A stretch of 64,000 bases of DNA, from NCBI GenBank assembly GCA_030611385.1, contig JAUWPV010000007.1:7249-71248 (forward strand). The letters run 5' to 3'. The notes beneath the pieces were generated by a model that saw only the letters and a list, made by a program, of their open reading frames with translations, ran no database searches and was not told the origin of the DNA. The position numbers and the translations under genes are program-made. How positions within the stretch are numbered: position 1 is the first letter of the stretch; each line of letters begins with the position of its first letter. The DNA is from Bacillota bacterium (GTDB taxonomy: Bacteria > Bacillota > Dethiobacteria > DTU022). Positions 1 through 9,734 of the stretch are shown here, piece after piece.

Positions 1-30
1 CTGCTGTTCTAAGGAAGAAGGTGTAACAAC

Positions 31-1065
31 TTGAAGATACAACAACTGGAAACGGAAAAATCGGTAGGGCAGCTGCTTTGCCACGATATCACCAAGATTG
101 AAAAAGGGGTATTCAAGGGAGCCCTTTTCAAGAAGGGTCACCGTATCCGCACAGAAGATGTTAAAACCCTGCTCGATCTGGGCAAGACGCACATCTATGC
201 CCTGGAGTTGGAAGAAGGCGATCTTCATGAAGACGATGCCGGTATGCGCATCGCCCGTGCCCTGGCCGGGAGCGGCCTGAAAATCGGCCATCCTTCTGAA
301 GGCCGCCTCGACCTGACCGCAGCATACCCGGGCCTTCTTAAAATCGATGTGGAACGTCTGCTGCGGATCAACAGTGTCCCTGATGTAGTGGTTGCTACCC
401 TACACAGCGGTACTCCTCTGGAAGCCGCTGAAAAAGTGGCCGGAGCCAAGGTGATCCCCCTGGTCGTCAACGAAAAGACTGTAGTCGCAGTAGAACAAAT
501 CTGTACCGAGGGGAAACCACCACTACAGGTACTACCTTACCTCCCCTTCAAATTGGGTGGAATCATTACCGGACGGGAAGTGGTCGAAGGACGAGTTAAG
601 GATGGATTCGCTCCCGTACTGGCCGAAAAAGCAGCCCACTTTCGGCTAGAACCGCCGGAAATCAGTTTGTGTGTTGACGATGCCGATCAGATTGCATCTG
701 CTATTGAACAGATGCTCGGCAGAGGGTGTAATCTGATCATTGTTACCGGGGGGATGTCCGTTGATCCTGATGACACAACCCCCACCGGCATCAAAAAAGC
801 GGGAGCGGACATTATCAAGTATGGGGCACCTGCGCTCCCGGGAGCCATGTTCCTACTCGCTTACAAGGGAGACGTCCCTCTGATCGGCCTGCCAGCCTGC
901 GCCATGTATTTTAAAAGCACCGTTCTGGATATTATTCTGCCCCGCCTGCTGGCCGGCCAGAAGGTAAGCGCAACTGACATTGCCGCTCTCGGTCATGGCG
1001 GATTGTGCCGTCAGTGTGAAACCTGCTTTTTCCCAAATTGCTCATTTGGCAAGGGCTGCTTGTAA
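31..1065 (+). CDS. molybdopterin-binding (MoCF-biosynthesis, MoeA/MogA-like) domain protein with Cys-rich C-terminus
   Basis: ORF with TTG start preceded by AAGGAAGAAGGTG. Motif IIVTGGMSVDPDDTTPTG is typical of the MoCF biosynthesis fold. Sits immediately upstream of modABC. Confidence 0.5.
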   Translation: MKIQQLETEKSVGQLLCHDITKIEKGVFKGALFKKGHRIRTEDVKTLLDLGKTHIYALELEEGDLHEDDAGMRIARALAGSGLKIGHPSEGRLDLTAAYPGLLKIDVERLLRINSVPDVVVATLHSGTPLEAAEKVAGAKVIPLVVNEKTVVAVEQICTEGKPPLQVLPYLPFKLGGIITGREVVEGRVKDGFAPVLAEKAAHFRLEPPEISLCVDDADQIASAIEQMLGRGCNLIIVTGGMSVDPDDTTPTGIKKAGADIIKYGAPALPGAMFLLAYKGDVPLIGLPACAMYFKSTVLDIILPRLLAGQKVSATDIAALGHGGLCRQCETCFFPNCSFGKGCL

Positions 1066-1112
1066 AATATGGACTGCTGCCTTAATAAAATACAAATTGG
1101 AGAATTATCAAC

Positions 1113-1904
1113 TTGAAAATGAAAATATTTAAATCATCAGCGGTTTTTCTGCTGACCGTAAGCCTGGTTATTGGAATACCTGGATGCAGCAGCCCAAAGG
1201 AATCGGTTACGCTAAATGTATCTGCAGCCGGGAGCCTGACAGATGCTGTAGCAGAGATTAATAGCCTCTTCATGCAACACAATGATCGTATTGAGCTACT
1301 GACCAACTTTGCCGGATCAGGAGACCTGAAAAACCAGATTGAAAACGGCGCCCCGGCAGATGTTTTTATCTCAGCAGACGCCAGACAGATGAATGCCCTG
1401 GAAGAGAAAGAACTGATTCTACCTGAAACCCGCAGTGATCTTTTAAACAACAGCATTGTTTTAATTGTTCCTGAAGGAAGCACCCTTGAAATAGCCGGGT
1501 TTGTAGACCTGGCAAATAACGAGATCACTCAAATTGCCATGGGCGATCCTGAGTTTGTGTCCGCCGGCAGTTATGGCCGCCTGACTTTTGAACTGCTGGG
1601 CATTTCTTACGAGGGGCTACTGCCGAAATTGATCCTGGCCAATAATGTCAGACAGGTGCTAAGTTACGTGGAAAGTGGAAATGTTGACGCCGGGATCGTG
1701 TTTGCGTCAGATACTGTTTCTTCCAGTGCAGTAAAGGTAGTCGCTACCGCCCCCGACGAGATTAACGGCAGAATTGCCTATCCGGTGGCCGTTGTCGCCT
1801 CCAGCGGAAATATTGAAGCAGCTCTAGACTATATTGATTTTCTGTCCAGCGCCGCAGCAAGGGAAATCTTTGAAAAGCACGGCTTCATCGTTATTGGAAA
1901 TTAG
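1113..1904 (+). CDS. modA: molybdate ABC transporter substrate-binding lipoprotein ModA
   Basis: Signal peptide with lipobox (IGIPGC). ModA-like periplasmic binding protein sequence. Followed by the permease and ATPase genes. Confidence 0.85.
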   Translation: MKMKIFKSSAVFLLTVSLVIGIPGCSSPKESVTLNVSAAGSLTDAVAEINSLFMQHNDRIELLTNFAGSGDLKNQIENGAPADVFISADARQMNALEEKELILPETRSDLLNNSIVLIVPEGSTLEIAGFVDLANNEITQIAMGDPEFVSAGSYGRLTFELLGISYEGLLPKLILANNVRQVLSYVESGNVDAGIVFASDTVSSSAVKVVATAPDEINGRIAYPVAVVASSGNIEAALDYIDFLSSAAAREIFEKHGFIVIGN

Positions 1905-1934
1905 CATCCTGTTCATTCATGGGGAGACCGACAA

Positions 1935-2624
1935 ATGCTGGAATCATACCTTTCACCACTTTATATATCACTTAAAACAGTTCTCGCCTCTACTATTATC
2001 ACTTTTTTCTTCGGCATAGCCGCCGCTCGATGGATGGCCAATTATTCCGGCAGATTTAGAAATCTGATTGACGGTCTGTTTCTTTTGCCTTTGATCCTGC
2101 CGCCAACAGTGGTTGGATTCGGATTGCTGCTATTATTCGGCAATAACGGCCCTATTGGAAAACTTTTAGACTTGCTGGGAACAACGCTAATATTCTCATG
2201 GCCGGCTGCGGTGATTACCGCTGTTATCGTCTCTTTTCCCCTGATGTATATGTCGGCCCGCGGGGGCTTTGAGCAGGTTGATATTAATATAGAAAATGCA
2301 GCCCGAACTCTGGGTGCCGGAGAATGGCGTGTCTTCTGGACTGTTACCTTGCCCCTTTCCTGGCCTTCAATCATGGCAGCTACAGTTTTGGCTTTTGCCC
2401 GCGCTTTGGGTGAGTTCGGAGCCACCCTGATGCTGGCCGGTAATATCCCTGGAAAAACAACGACTATCCCCGTAGCAATTTATTTTAAAATACAGGCTGG
2501 GCATATGGAGGAAGCGCTTATACTGACGCTAATTGTTTTGGCCTTTGCTTTCGCCTCACTGGTTTTGCTGGCATACTGGAAGGGAAAAGCGAAGAATAAT
2601 GGAAGGAGTAAAGCTCTTGCTTGA
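1935..2624 (+). CDS. modB: molybdate ABC transporter permease ModB
   Basis: Multi-TM ABC permease with the EAA-like loop (ARTLGAGEWRVFWTVTLP). GGGGAG RBS before the ATG. Confidence 0.85.
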   Translation: MLESYLSPLYISLKTVLASTIITFFFGIAAARWMANYSGRFRNLIDGLFLLPLILPPTVVGFGLLLLFGNNGPIGKLLDLLGTTLIFSWPAAVITAVIVSFPLMYMSARGGFEQVDINIENAARTLGAGEWRVFWTVTLPLSWPSIMAATVLAFARALGEFGATLMLAGNIPGKTTTIPVAIYFKIQAGHMEEALILTLIVLAFAFASLVLLAYWKGKAKNNGRSKALA

Positions 2625-3699
2625 AATTAAGGTAAAAAGAACGCTGCCTGGTTTTCACTTGGATATTGATCTCTCTGTTGATCGGGAGATTCTTTCAATC
2701 CTGGGCCCGTCAGGTTCCGGCAAAACGATGACTCTACTCTGTATTGCCGGCCTGATCCGTCCCGACGAGGGTAGCCTAAAGCTAAATGGACGTACTCTTT
2801 TTTGCTCGGCCAAAGGCATCTTTTTGCCTCCCCAAAAACGCAAAATCGGTTTTGTTTTTCAAAACTACGCCCTCTTTCCCCATTTTACCGTTGCTGAAAA
2901 TATTGCCTATGGCATGCATGATCGCCCGAAGCAAACTGTAAATAAACGGGTGGCAGAGCTTCTTGATGTAATTCATATCCCGGGTCTGAAGAACCGCTAT
3001 CCCCGGGAGCTCTCTTCCGGGCAGCAGCAAAGAGTCGCCCTGGCCCGGGCGATCGCCCCGGAGCCGGAAGCTCTGCTGCTTGATGAACCTTTTTCCGCTC
3101 TTGATACCTTCCGTAGGGAACGTTTAGAATATGAACTATTAGCCCTGCATCAATATTACCGGGGTGATATCCTTTTTGTTACCCATGATTTAGCCCAGGG
3201 GTTCAAACTCGGAACGCGCATTGCTATCTTTGATAACGGTCGCATTGTGCAGTGTGAGAGCAGAAATAACATTATCGCAGCCCCCGCCAATCGGACAGCC
3301 GCCAAATTAACCGGGGTAAAAAACCTGTTTGATGGTTACATCACCAATATCGAAAATGGCGCTGTCCGGGCCTTTGTTCCGGATTTAGGGGAATCGCTGA
3401 AAATAGCTACTGCTGCAGAACTAAATCTTTCAGTAAACCAACCGGTTGTCATCGGCATAAGACCAGAGCATATTGAAATCATAGATCAACCGAAAGAAAA
3501 TACAATTTCCTGCCGGATAAGCCGGTTAGTCGACGGAGTCACCAATTTGCATTACTATTACTATGCCGATAATGACGAGGGGAAACGGCATATTATTGAA
3601 AGCTGCGCACCCAGGCCTTTATCGCCACCCCATCTCGAGGCAGGAAAAACCTGTTACCTTTATCTCCCTGCTGAGCGTTTAATGGCCTTAACGGAATAG
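2599..3699 (+). CDS. modC: molybdate ABC transporter ATP-binding protein ModC (start overlaps modB; TTG at 2617 is an alternative start)
   Basis: Walker A GPSGSGKT, ABC signature LSSGQQQRVALARA, Walker B LLLDEPFSALD. C-terminal Mop/TOBE-like domain. Confidence 0.8.
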   Translation: MEGVKLLLEIKVKRTLPGFHLDIDLSVDREILSILGPSGSGKTMTLLCIAGLIRPDEGSLKLNGRTLFCSAKGIFLPPQKRKIGFVFQNYALFPHFTVAENIAYGMHDRPKQTVNKRVAELLDVIHIPGLKNRYPRELSSGQQQRVALARAIAPEPEALLLDEPFSALDTFRRERLEYELLALHQYYRGDILFVTHDLAQGFKLGTRIAIFDNGRIVQCESRNNIIAAPANRTAAKLTGVKNLFDGYITNIENGAVRAFVPDLGESLKIATAAELNLSVNQPVVIGIRPEHIEIIDQPKENTISCRISRLVDGVTNLHYYYYADNDEGKRHIIESCAPRPLSPPHLEAGKTCYLYLPAERLMALTE

Positions 3700-3715
3700 G
3701 AGGTTTGCGCAAGTA

Positions 3716-4483
3716 ATGGACCATTTAATCAGGAAAGCTATAAACCGGTTTATAGCCACCTATCCGCACAGTGAGAACACTGGCTGGAAGAGTCCGCTGG
3801 TTGCTTATGCCCGGGCGAATGATCCCCTTTTTACAGAACTCAAAAACATAGTTAACCCCACCCACGCCCTGCCGCAGGATTTTCTCAGTGAGGCTCAAAC
3901 AGTGATTACTTATTTTTTGCCTTTTGAAAACAGGGTGGTGGAAAGCAACAAACCCGGGCGATACAGTTCGCGCACCTGGGCGCTTTCTTACATCGAAACC
4001 AATCGTCTGATTGGAGTTTTAAATGAACACCTGCAGCAATTACTGGTTGAGCAGGGATACAAGGCGGTTTTTGTACCGGCTACTCATAATTTCAATAAAA
4101 AGACGCTGCTGAGTGACTGGTCACACCGCAGCGCCGCCTACATTGCCGGGTTAGGAACATTCGGTCTTAATCACATGTTGATTACCGAAAACGGATGCTG
4201 CGGTCGAATCGGTAGCATCATTACCGATTTAGAGCTGCCGCCAACCCCGCGCTATACTAAAGAACTATGCCTCTACAAGGCAAACGGCAACTGCGGCCGC
4301 TGTACTAAAAAATGCATCAACAAAGCCCTGACCATTGACACCCTCGATAAGCATAAGTGTTATGAGATGTGTCTGATCAATGATGGACGTTTAAGCGATT
4401 TTGAAAGTATCGCCGATGTTTGCGGTAAATGCCTGGTTAACGTACCCTGTTCGATAAAAGCACCTGTTAACCAATTGGTTTAA
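3716..4483 (+). CDS. QueG-like (epoxyqueuosine reductase family) Fe-S protein, short form
   Basis: AGGAGG RBS. Core HRSAAYIAGLGTFGLNHMLITENGCCGRIGSIITDLEL resembles the QueG catalytic core. Cys clusters CGRCTKKC and CGKCLVNVPC. Confidence 0.45.
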   Translation: MDHLIRKAINRFIATYPHSENTGWKSPLVAYARANDPLFTELKNIVNPTHALPQDFLSEAQTVITYFLPFENRVVESNKPGRYSSRTWALSYIETNRLIGVLNEHLQQLLVEQGYKAVFVPATHNFNKKTLLSDWSHRSAAYIAGLGTFGLNHMLITENGCCGRIGSIITDLELPPTPRYTKELCLYKANGNCGRCTKKCINKALTIDTLDKHKCYEMCLINDGRLSDFESIADVCGKCLVNVPCSIKAPVNQLV

Positions 4484-4757
4484 GCAGAGTAACCATCGGC
4501 GGTTCAGTGATCGCATCCGTGATCGCATTCTTAAAAGCCAGGTAGTGCTCAGTCTTACGATGTTTATCAAGAGCCTCCATGTCGGTGTATTTCTCAAGGA
4601 AGTAGACTTCCGGAATCCCTTCCAGAGGCATAAAGGGTTCATAAAGCAGACATTTTTTTTCGTGCCTATGGACCGATTCGGCCATTTTCAGACAAGCAGC
4701 AACCACGCTTTCTTCCATGCCAGACTTAATTTTCAACACAGCAACCAAACCAATCAT
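4467..4757 (-). CDS. antibiotic biosynthesis monooxygenase (ABM) domain protein
   Basis: About 96 aa with the ABM/Dabb pattern (…EPGCL-like LYEPFMPLEG…EKYTDMEALDKH). Start chosen at the internal Met (MIGLVAV); the ORF extends to 4781. Confidence 0.5.
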   Translation of the reverse strand: MIGLVAVLKIKSGMEESVVAACLKMAESVHRHEKKCLLYEPFMPLEGIPEVYFLEKYTDMEALDKHRKTEHYLAFKNAITDAITEPPMVTLLKPIG

Positions 4758-4855
4758 TCTGATCCTCTCCCATCTCATCATTTTGGTAATAGACTCCTGC
4801 CTTATCCTGCGAATCAGAGGAGCGGGCCTGAGGCTATTTCGTGCGCAGTGTACAC

Positions 4856-5428
4856 TTAAGCAGCTTTATTTTTGTCTCGCAGCAGGTGCAGAATTGACTT
4901 AGTATCGGGATCAACATTGCCGAATATGACAAAGATTAGGATCTCTTCCATGAAACCAACCATATAAATCAACAGAATTATCCGCATAAACCAGGTCGTA
5001 TCAAACCAAAAGGACGAAACAATAATCAGAAAAACCAAGACCGCATTCCAGCGAAGGATAAAGGTATGCATCATCACAGGCCGACGGAATAGAATGCCGG
5101 AGAGGATAAATGAAAACCCGAGCAGCGAGAAAAATACGATCAGGTAAATATTATTGGCAGCTACAACATCGGGGCGCAGATAGTTTAAAAAATAGGCTGA
5201 AGAGATATAGAAGAATAGATCGGCCAGAGAATCGAGTTCTTTACCGAAGTGGGACACCTGGTTAAGTTTTCGGGCAGCAATTCCATCAAAAAAGTCAGTT
5301 GACCCAACCAGGATATAAGCGATCAGAAAGAGCTGGTGGTAATTAAAATGTAAAAGCAGATAAAGACCGGGAAGCAGGACAATTCTTGATGCCGACAACA
5401 GGTTTGGTACGGTAAGCCTTGTAGTCAA
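4856..5428 (-). CDS. CDP-alcohol phosphatidyltransferase family protein
   Basis: Motif DFFDGIAARKLNQVSHFGKELDSLADL matches D-G-x2-A-R-x8-G-x3-D-x3-D. Polytopic membrane protein. Confidence 0.7.
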   Translation of the reverse strand: MTTRLTVPNLLSASRIVLLPGLYLLLHFNYHQLFLIAYILVGSTDFFDGIAARKLNQVSHFGKELDSLADLFFYISSAYFLNYLRPDVVAANNIYLIVFFSLLGFSFILSGILFRRPVMMHTFILRWNAVLVFLIIVSSFWFDTTWFMRIILLIYMVGFMEEILIFVIFGNVDPDTKSILHLLRDKNKAA

Positions 5429-5585
5429 TTATCTTCCCCCTTAACAGCAAGTTTGCCAATAATAACATAACTGAAGATAAATGGCAATAAATAGATAGGC
5501 CGGCAATATCAAAAAGACCGGGAACCACTTGCCCTGCCCTGCTGTCACTACTATCGAAGATAAAGAATTGAGGGAGGCAATAACG

Positions 5586-6833
5586 GTGCAAAATATAATT
5601 CTACTGAAAGTTTGTGCATTGCTGTGCCTGTTCATGCTGATTCTAACAGTGGTTGGGGGATGTGGCTTGTTTAAAACAGAGCAAGGGATAGCCGCACCGG
5701 TCGAAGAACTGGATAATCGTCTGGTGCAGGCCAATAATGATTTTGGCTTCAATCTTTTCCGGGAACTTACCCAGGCTAAGCCAGAAACCAATATCTTTAT
5801 TTCACCGGCCAGCGTGTTGACAGCCCTGGTTATGACTTACAACGGAGCTGAAGGGGAAACCCGTTCAGCCATGGAAGAGACGTTGCTGCTGCAGGGAATG
5901 ACTATGGCCAAAGTAAATAATTTATTTGCCGATCTTCTCACCATTTTAGGAAATCCGGATCCAAAAGTTGAGCTGGCCATGGCTAATTCACTGTGGGCAC
6001 GCGAAGGAGTCGACTTTAACGAGGGCTTCTTACAACGTAACCGTGATTATTTCGGCGCTGAAGTAAATACGCTTGATTTTAGCAATGCCGGTGCTGCCGA
6101 TCTGATCAACAATTGGGTCAAAGAACAGACTCACAATAAAATTGATGGGATTGTCAATCCGCCAATTAATCCTGATACAATCCTCTTTCTGATCAATGCC
6201 ATCTACTTTAAAGGGGCCTGGTCCGAACCATTTGATCCTGAGACAACCCACAAAATACCTTTCCATCTGCCAGATGGTACTGAAAAACAACACCCGGTGA
6301 TGTTCAGAGGTGATGATTTTCGCTGCCTTGAAAATGAACTTTTCGAAGCAGTAAGCCTGCCCTACGGGGAAAACGAGCGAATCAGCATGTATGTTTTCCT
6401 GCCAGCCGAGGGAGTTACTCTTGAACAATTATATGCATATATGGATACTGCAAACTGGGAGAAATGGCTTGGCTCATTCAGTACTATGGCCGGAGATATC
6501 GGTCTGCCCCGCTTCAAGTTTGTCTACGAAACCTCTCTAAACGATGCCCTGACAGCACTCGGTATGGGTAATGCTTTCGATGGCAGTTCTGCCGACTTCA
6601 GCGGTATGCGCCCGATTCCCCCAAGACTGGTGATCAGTGAAGTCAAGCATAAGACTTTTATTGAAGTAAATGAGGAGGGCACCGAAGCTGCCGCTGTCAC
6701 TTCGGTAGAAGTTGGCATGACCGCTATGCCTGACCAATTTACGATGATTGTTGACCGGCCCTTTTTCTTTACAATTGTCGACGATTTGACCGGAACCATC
6801 CTCTTCATGGGGTCGATTACGGAGCCGTTATAG
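5586..6833 (+). CDS. serpin (serine protease inhibitor, I4 family), probable lipoprotein
   Basis: GTG start 8 nt after a GAGGGAGG RBS. Signal peptide plus a VVGGC lipobox-like site. Serpin core (NAIYFKGAWSEPF), reactive-centre-loop hinge EVNEEGTEAAAVT. C-terminal FFFTIVDDLTGTILFMGSITEP. Confidence 0.8.
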   Translation: MQNIILLKVCALLCLFMLILTVVGGCGLFKTEQGIAAPVEELDNRLVQANNDFGFNLFRELTQAKPETNIFISPASVLTALVMTYNGAEGETRSAMEETLLLQGMTMAKVNNLFADLLTILGNPDPKVELAMANSLWAREGVDFNEGFLQRNRDYFGAEVNTLDFSNAGAADLINNWVKEQTHNKIDGIVNPPINPDTILFLINAIYFKGAWSEPFDPETTHKIPFHLPDGTEKQHPVMFRGDDFRCLENELFEAVSLPYGENERISMYVFLPAEGVTLEQLYAYMDTANWEKWLGSFSTMAGDIGLPRFKFVYETSLNDALTALGMGNAFDGSSADFSGMRPIPPRLVISEVKHKTFIEVNEEGTEAAAVTSVEVGMTAMPDQFTMIVDRPFFFTIVDDLTGTILFMGSITEPL

Positions 6834-7162
6834 GGCGCCCCCCCCCCGGCTGTGCAAACTTAGAAAATGGCGCCGCCCTTTTTACAGGTGGCGCCATCTG
6901 ATCACAGGAGTGTTGAAAAGCTAAATAGCAACCCGCTGCACCGGAATCTACGAAGATCCATTTTCCCCCTCATACCCTCTTCTTTTTGTGAACTTCTGAC
7001 AATACATCAGCCGATCAGCTTCAGCAGATGAAAGAATGCAAACTTTCCTCACGAGCGCAAATATTTCCCAATTTATCAGTTTATATGTTATTCTATAATA
7101 GTTGAATTCATCCTTTGAATAATATGATTACCCATTATTAACAAAACAAGGAGGATATAATT

Positions 7163-8551
7163 TTGAGAAGCAGAGACAGTTACGCTGAGCCTTATCGGAT
7201 CAAGATGATCGAGCCAATCAGACAAAAAGATCGGAAAACCCGGGAAGCTTTAATTGAAAATGCCGCTTACAACGTCTTCAACCTGAAGGCAGAAGACGTT
7301 TATATCGACTTACTAACCGACAGCGGCACCGGGGCCATGAGCGCCAACCAATGGGCCGGTATGATGATCGGCGATGAATCTTATGCCGGCTGTGCTAATT
7401 TTTATAACCTGCAGGCTGCCCTGCAAGATATTATCGGCTACAAGTACGTAGTACCCACACACCAGGGGCGGGCGGCTGAAAACATTCTGATGTCTATGTT
7501 TGTCAGTCAGCAACAAAGAGTATTGGGCAACATGCATTTCGATACAACCGAAGCCCATATCCGCTTAAGAAACGCGATTCCAGTCAACCTTATCCATGAC
7601 GAAGGCCTCGATACAGTCTACGATCACCCATTCAAAGGCAACATAAATTTAGAGCGGCTGGAAGAAGAACTGAAAAACAGCGACCCTTCAACAGCGCCAA
7701 TGATCATTATGACCGTAACCTGCAACAGTAATGGCGGCCAACCGGTATCAATGGATAATATGCGCGCAGCAGCAGCCCTTGCTAAAAAATATAAGCGTCC
7801 CCTTTTCATTGATGCCGCCCGTTTTGCTGAAAACTGTTATTTTATCAAGCAAAGGGACGCCGCCTACAAGGATAAATCGATCCGGGATATTGCCCGGGAA
7901 ATGTTTTCCTATGCCGACGGCTGCACCATGAGTTCTAAAAAGGATGCCCTCGTGAACATCGGTGGATTTCTGGCCTTTAAAGATAATGAGGATTGGTATG
8001 AAAAAGCGGTGCAAATTCAGATTTGTTATGAGGGTTTTCGCACTTACGGCGGCCTGGCTGGTCGTGATCTGGAAGCTCTGGCTCGTGGTCTTTACGAGGG
8101 CACCGAGGAAGATTATTTGGAAGACCGCATCGGTCAGGTACATTACCTGGGTCGGAAGCTTACCGAAATCGGCGTGCCGATTGTGAAGCCGATAGGCGGC
8201 CATGGGGTTTTTGTTGACTCCAGTCGTTTCCTGCCCCATATCCCCCAGGCTGATTTGCCAGGCCAGGCACTCGTCGTGGAACTTTACCGGGAAGCGGGAA
8301 TCAGAACAATAGAACTGGGTACCTCCACTTTTGGCTACGTTGACGCCGAGACCGGTAAAGAAGTTTACCCCAAACAGGAACTGGTCCGGCTGGCCCTTCC
8401 CCGGCGCACCTACACCGACAGGCATATGGACATAGTGGTTCGGGCATTTGAGCAGATAGCCAACCGAAAAGAGAAGCTTCGCGGCCTGGAGTTTGTCTAT
8501 CAGGCAAAAATAATGAGACACTTTACCGCCCGCTATCGCCTTCTAAATTAA
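7163..8551 (+). CDS. beta-eliminating lyase: tryptophanase or tyrosine phenol-lyase
   Basis: TTG start with an AAGGAGG RBS 8 nt upstream. 462 aa with strong similarity to TnaA/TPL (YIDLLTDSGTGAMS, PTHQGRAAE, SYADGCTMSSKKD, RTYGGLAGRD). Confidence 0.85.
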   Translation: MRSRDSYAEPYRIKMIEPIRQKDRKTREALIENAAYNVFNLKAEDVYIDLLTDSGTGAMSANQWAGMMIGDESYAGCANFYNLQAALQDIIGYKYVVPTHQGRAAENILMSMFVSQQQRVLGNMHFDTTEAHIRLRNAIPVNLIHDEGLDTVYDHPFKGNINLERLEEELKNSDPSTAPMIIMTVTCNSNGGQPVSMDNMRAAAALAKKYKRPLFIDAARFAENCYFIKQRDAAYKDKSIRDIAREMFSYADGCTMSSKKDALVNIGGFLAFKDNEDWYEKAVQIQICYEGFRTYGGLAGRDLEALARGLYEGTEEDYLEDRIGQVHYLGRKLTEIGVPIVKPIGGHGVFVDSSRFLPHIPQADLPGQALVVELYREAGIRTIELGTSTFGYVDAETGKEVYPKQELVRLALPRRTYTDRHMDIVVRAFEQIANRKEKLRGLEFVYQAKIMRHFTARYRLLN

Positions 8552-8612
8552 GTTGTCACCACAATATAACGAGATGTTCTGTGAGGAGCGAATTCACTCC
8601 GGTAAGTATAAT

Positions 8613-8655
8613 AAGGATTGTCCCGATCACTTAAGAGGGACAATCCTTATGGTTT
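8613..8655 (+). terminator. intrinsic terminator after the lyase gene
   Basis: Perfect 12-bp stem AAGGATTGTCCC/GGGACAATCCTT followed by a T-rich tail. Confidence 0.6.
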
Positions 8656-8678
8656 GACAGATTCTTAAGATAATTGAT

Positions 8679-8713
8679 CCTGATACCCCGGTCACAGCAA
8701 CTAGGGTATCAGG
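8679..8713 (-). terminator. intrinsic terminator of the convergent nitroreductase gene
   Basis: Stem CCTGATACC/GGTATCAGG followed on the minus strand by ATCAATTATCTT. Confidence 0.45.
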
Positions 8714-8737
8714 AAAACGGCGTAATCAGGGTATCAA

Positions 8738-9574
8738 TTACTCTTTCCAGGTAGCGATATACTGCAACCCGGAAAGATCAAGAGCAGGCCTGTTAACTAT
8801 CCACTTACCGGGAAGGCCCTGCTCACGAGCCACCATTTCGAAATGGCCCATCGCTATGCCCATATCTAGATATTGTATGCGGATTTTACCCAGCAACCGG
8901 TTGTAAATTGCATTCTCTTTCAAATATAGATGAAATACGCCGGAATCATCTTTCACCATGCGCCAAGACTGACGATTCGATGCAGACGGTCCCATACGCA
9001 CAGCTTCAAGAGCTTGTCTGTAATTGCCCGCCTCTGCCTCGTCAAGGGGAGTTTTGCCATCAGCAGTAAAAAAAAGTTCGCTCCAGGGTTTACGCTTTCT
9101 CGATCCGGCGCTAAAGCGAAGTAAACGGTCGGCAGTGGAAATCTCTTTAGCCGGATAACCGAACGGAGTAATGGCCGGAAGCATTTCATCTTCGGCCAAC
9201 TGCATCTTAGCGGCAAAAGCGCTGCGTTTAAAGGTGCCGCCCAACCAGCAGGTACCCAAACCAAGGCTGGTTACTTTTAAAATTATCTTTTCCATACAGT
9301 AACCAAAATCTTCCAGGGAACCTTTTCCTTCTTTTACTGCCCCCAATATAAAGTGATGAGCTCCCTTGATTACACCATAAGTACCCAGTGGGCGAAGCTC
9401 TTCCCTGCTCAGCGGTTCGAGATCGAGCGTTTGAAAACGCACAGATGCCCCAAATGGCCCGGAGCCAATGCCACGACAGTACTGATCGAGCTCGTTGCGG
9501 ATCTGTTCTCTAACCGGTCTATCATCATAACTGCGGACAGATATCCTCTGTTCAATTGCTTCTATTGCTTTCAT
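8738..9574 (-). CDS. nitroreductase family protein
   Basis: 278 aa. Nitroreductase fold motifs (RISVRSY, conserved Gly/Trp pattern). Confidence 0.7.
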   Translation of the reverse strand: MKAIEAIEQRISVRSYDDRPVREQIRNELDQYCRGIGSGPFGASVRFQTLDLEPLSREELRPLGTYGVIKGAHHFILGAVKEGKGSLEDFGYCMEKIILKVTSLGLGTCWLGGTFKRSAFAAKMQLAEDEMLPAITPFGYPAKEISTADRLLRFSAGSRKRKPWSELFFTADGKTPLDEAEAGNYRQALEAVRMGPSASNRQSWRMVKDDSGVFHLYLKENAIYNRLLGKIRIQYLDMGIAMGHFEMVAREQGLPGKWIVNRPALDLSGLQYIATWKE

Positions 9575-9734
9575 CGAAGTACACCTTCATCCTGTTAATT
9601 TACGATCGGAAATAAGCATTCCATCATTACTGGTATTATATCTGAAAAAAGATCGATAATCTCAAGATTCATTCTGAATAAACGGTTGATTCTCGATAAT
9701 CGCTATTTTATTATTGGTTTCTAATCTTCTCCGG

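Noticed and set aside
4545-4859. 104-aa plus-strand ORF
   Set aside because: Overlaps the minus-strand ABM-domain gene, which has a recognisable fold signature. The plus ORF is low-complexity His/Phe-rich.
6834-7162. T-box or tnaC-type leader upstream of the lyase gene
   Set aside because: No T-box AGGGUGGNACCGCG-like core and no Trp-containing leader ORF found by inspection.
7748-8521. 257-aa antisense ORF inside the lyase gene, and similar long antisense ORFs inside uvrA, secA and recD2
   Set aside because: They lie opposite strongly supported genes, with no RBS and no family resemblance. Typical of GC-rich antisense frames.
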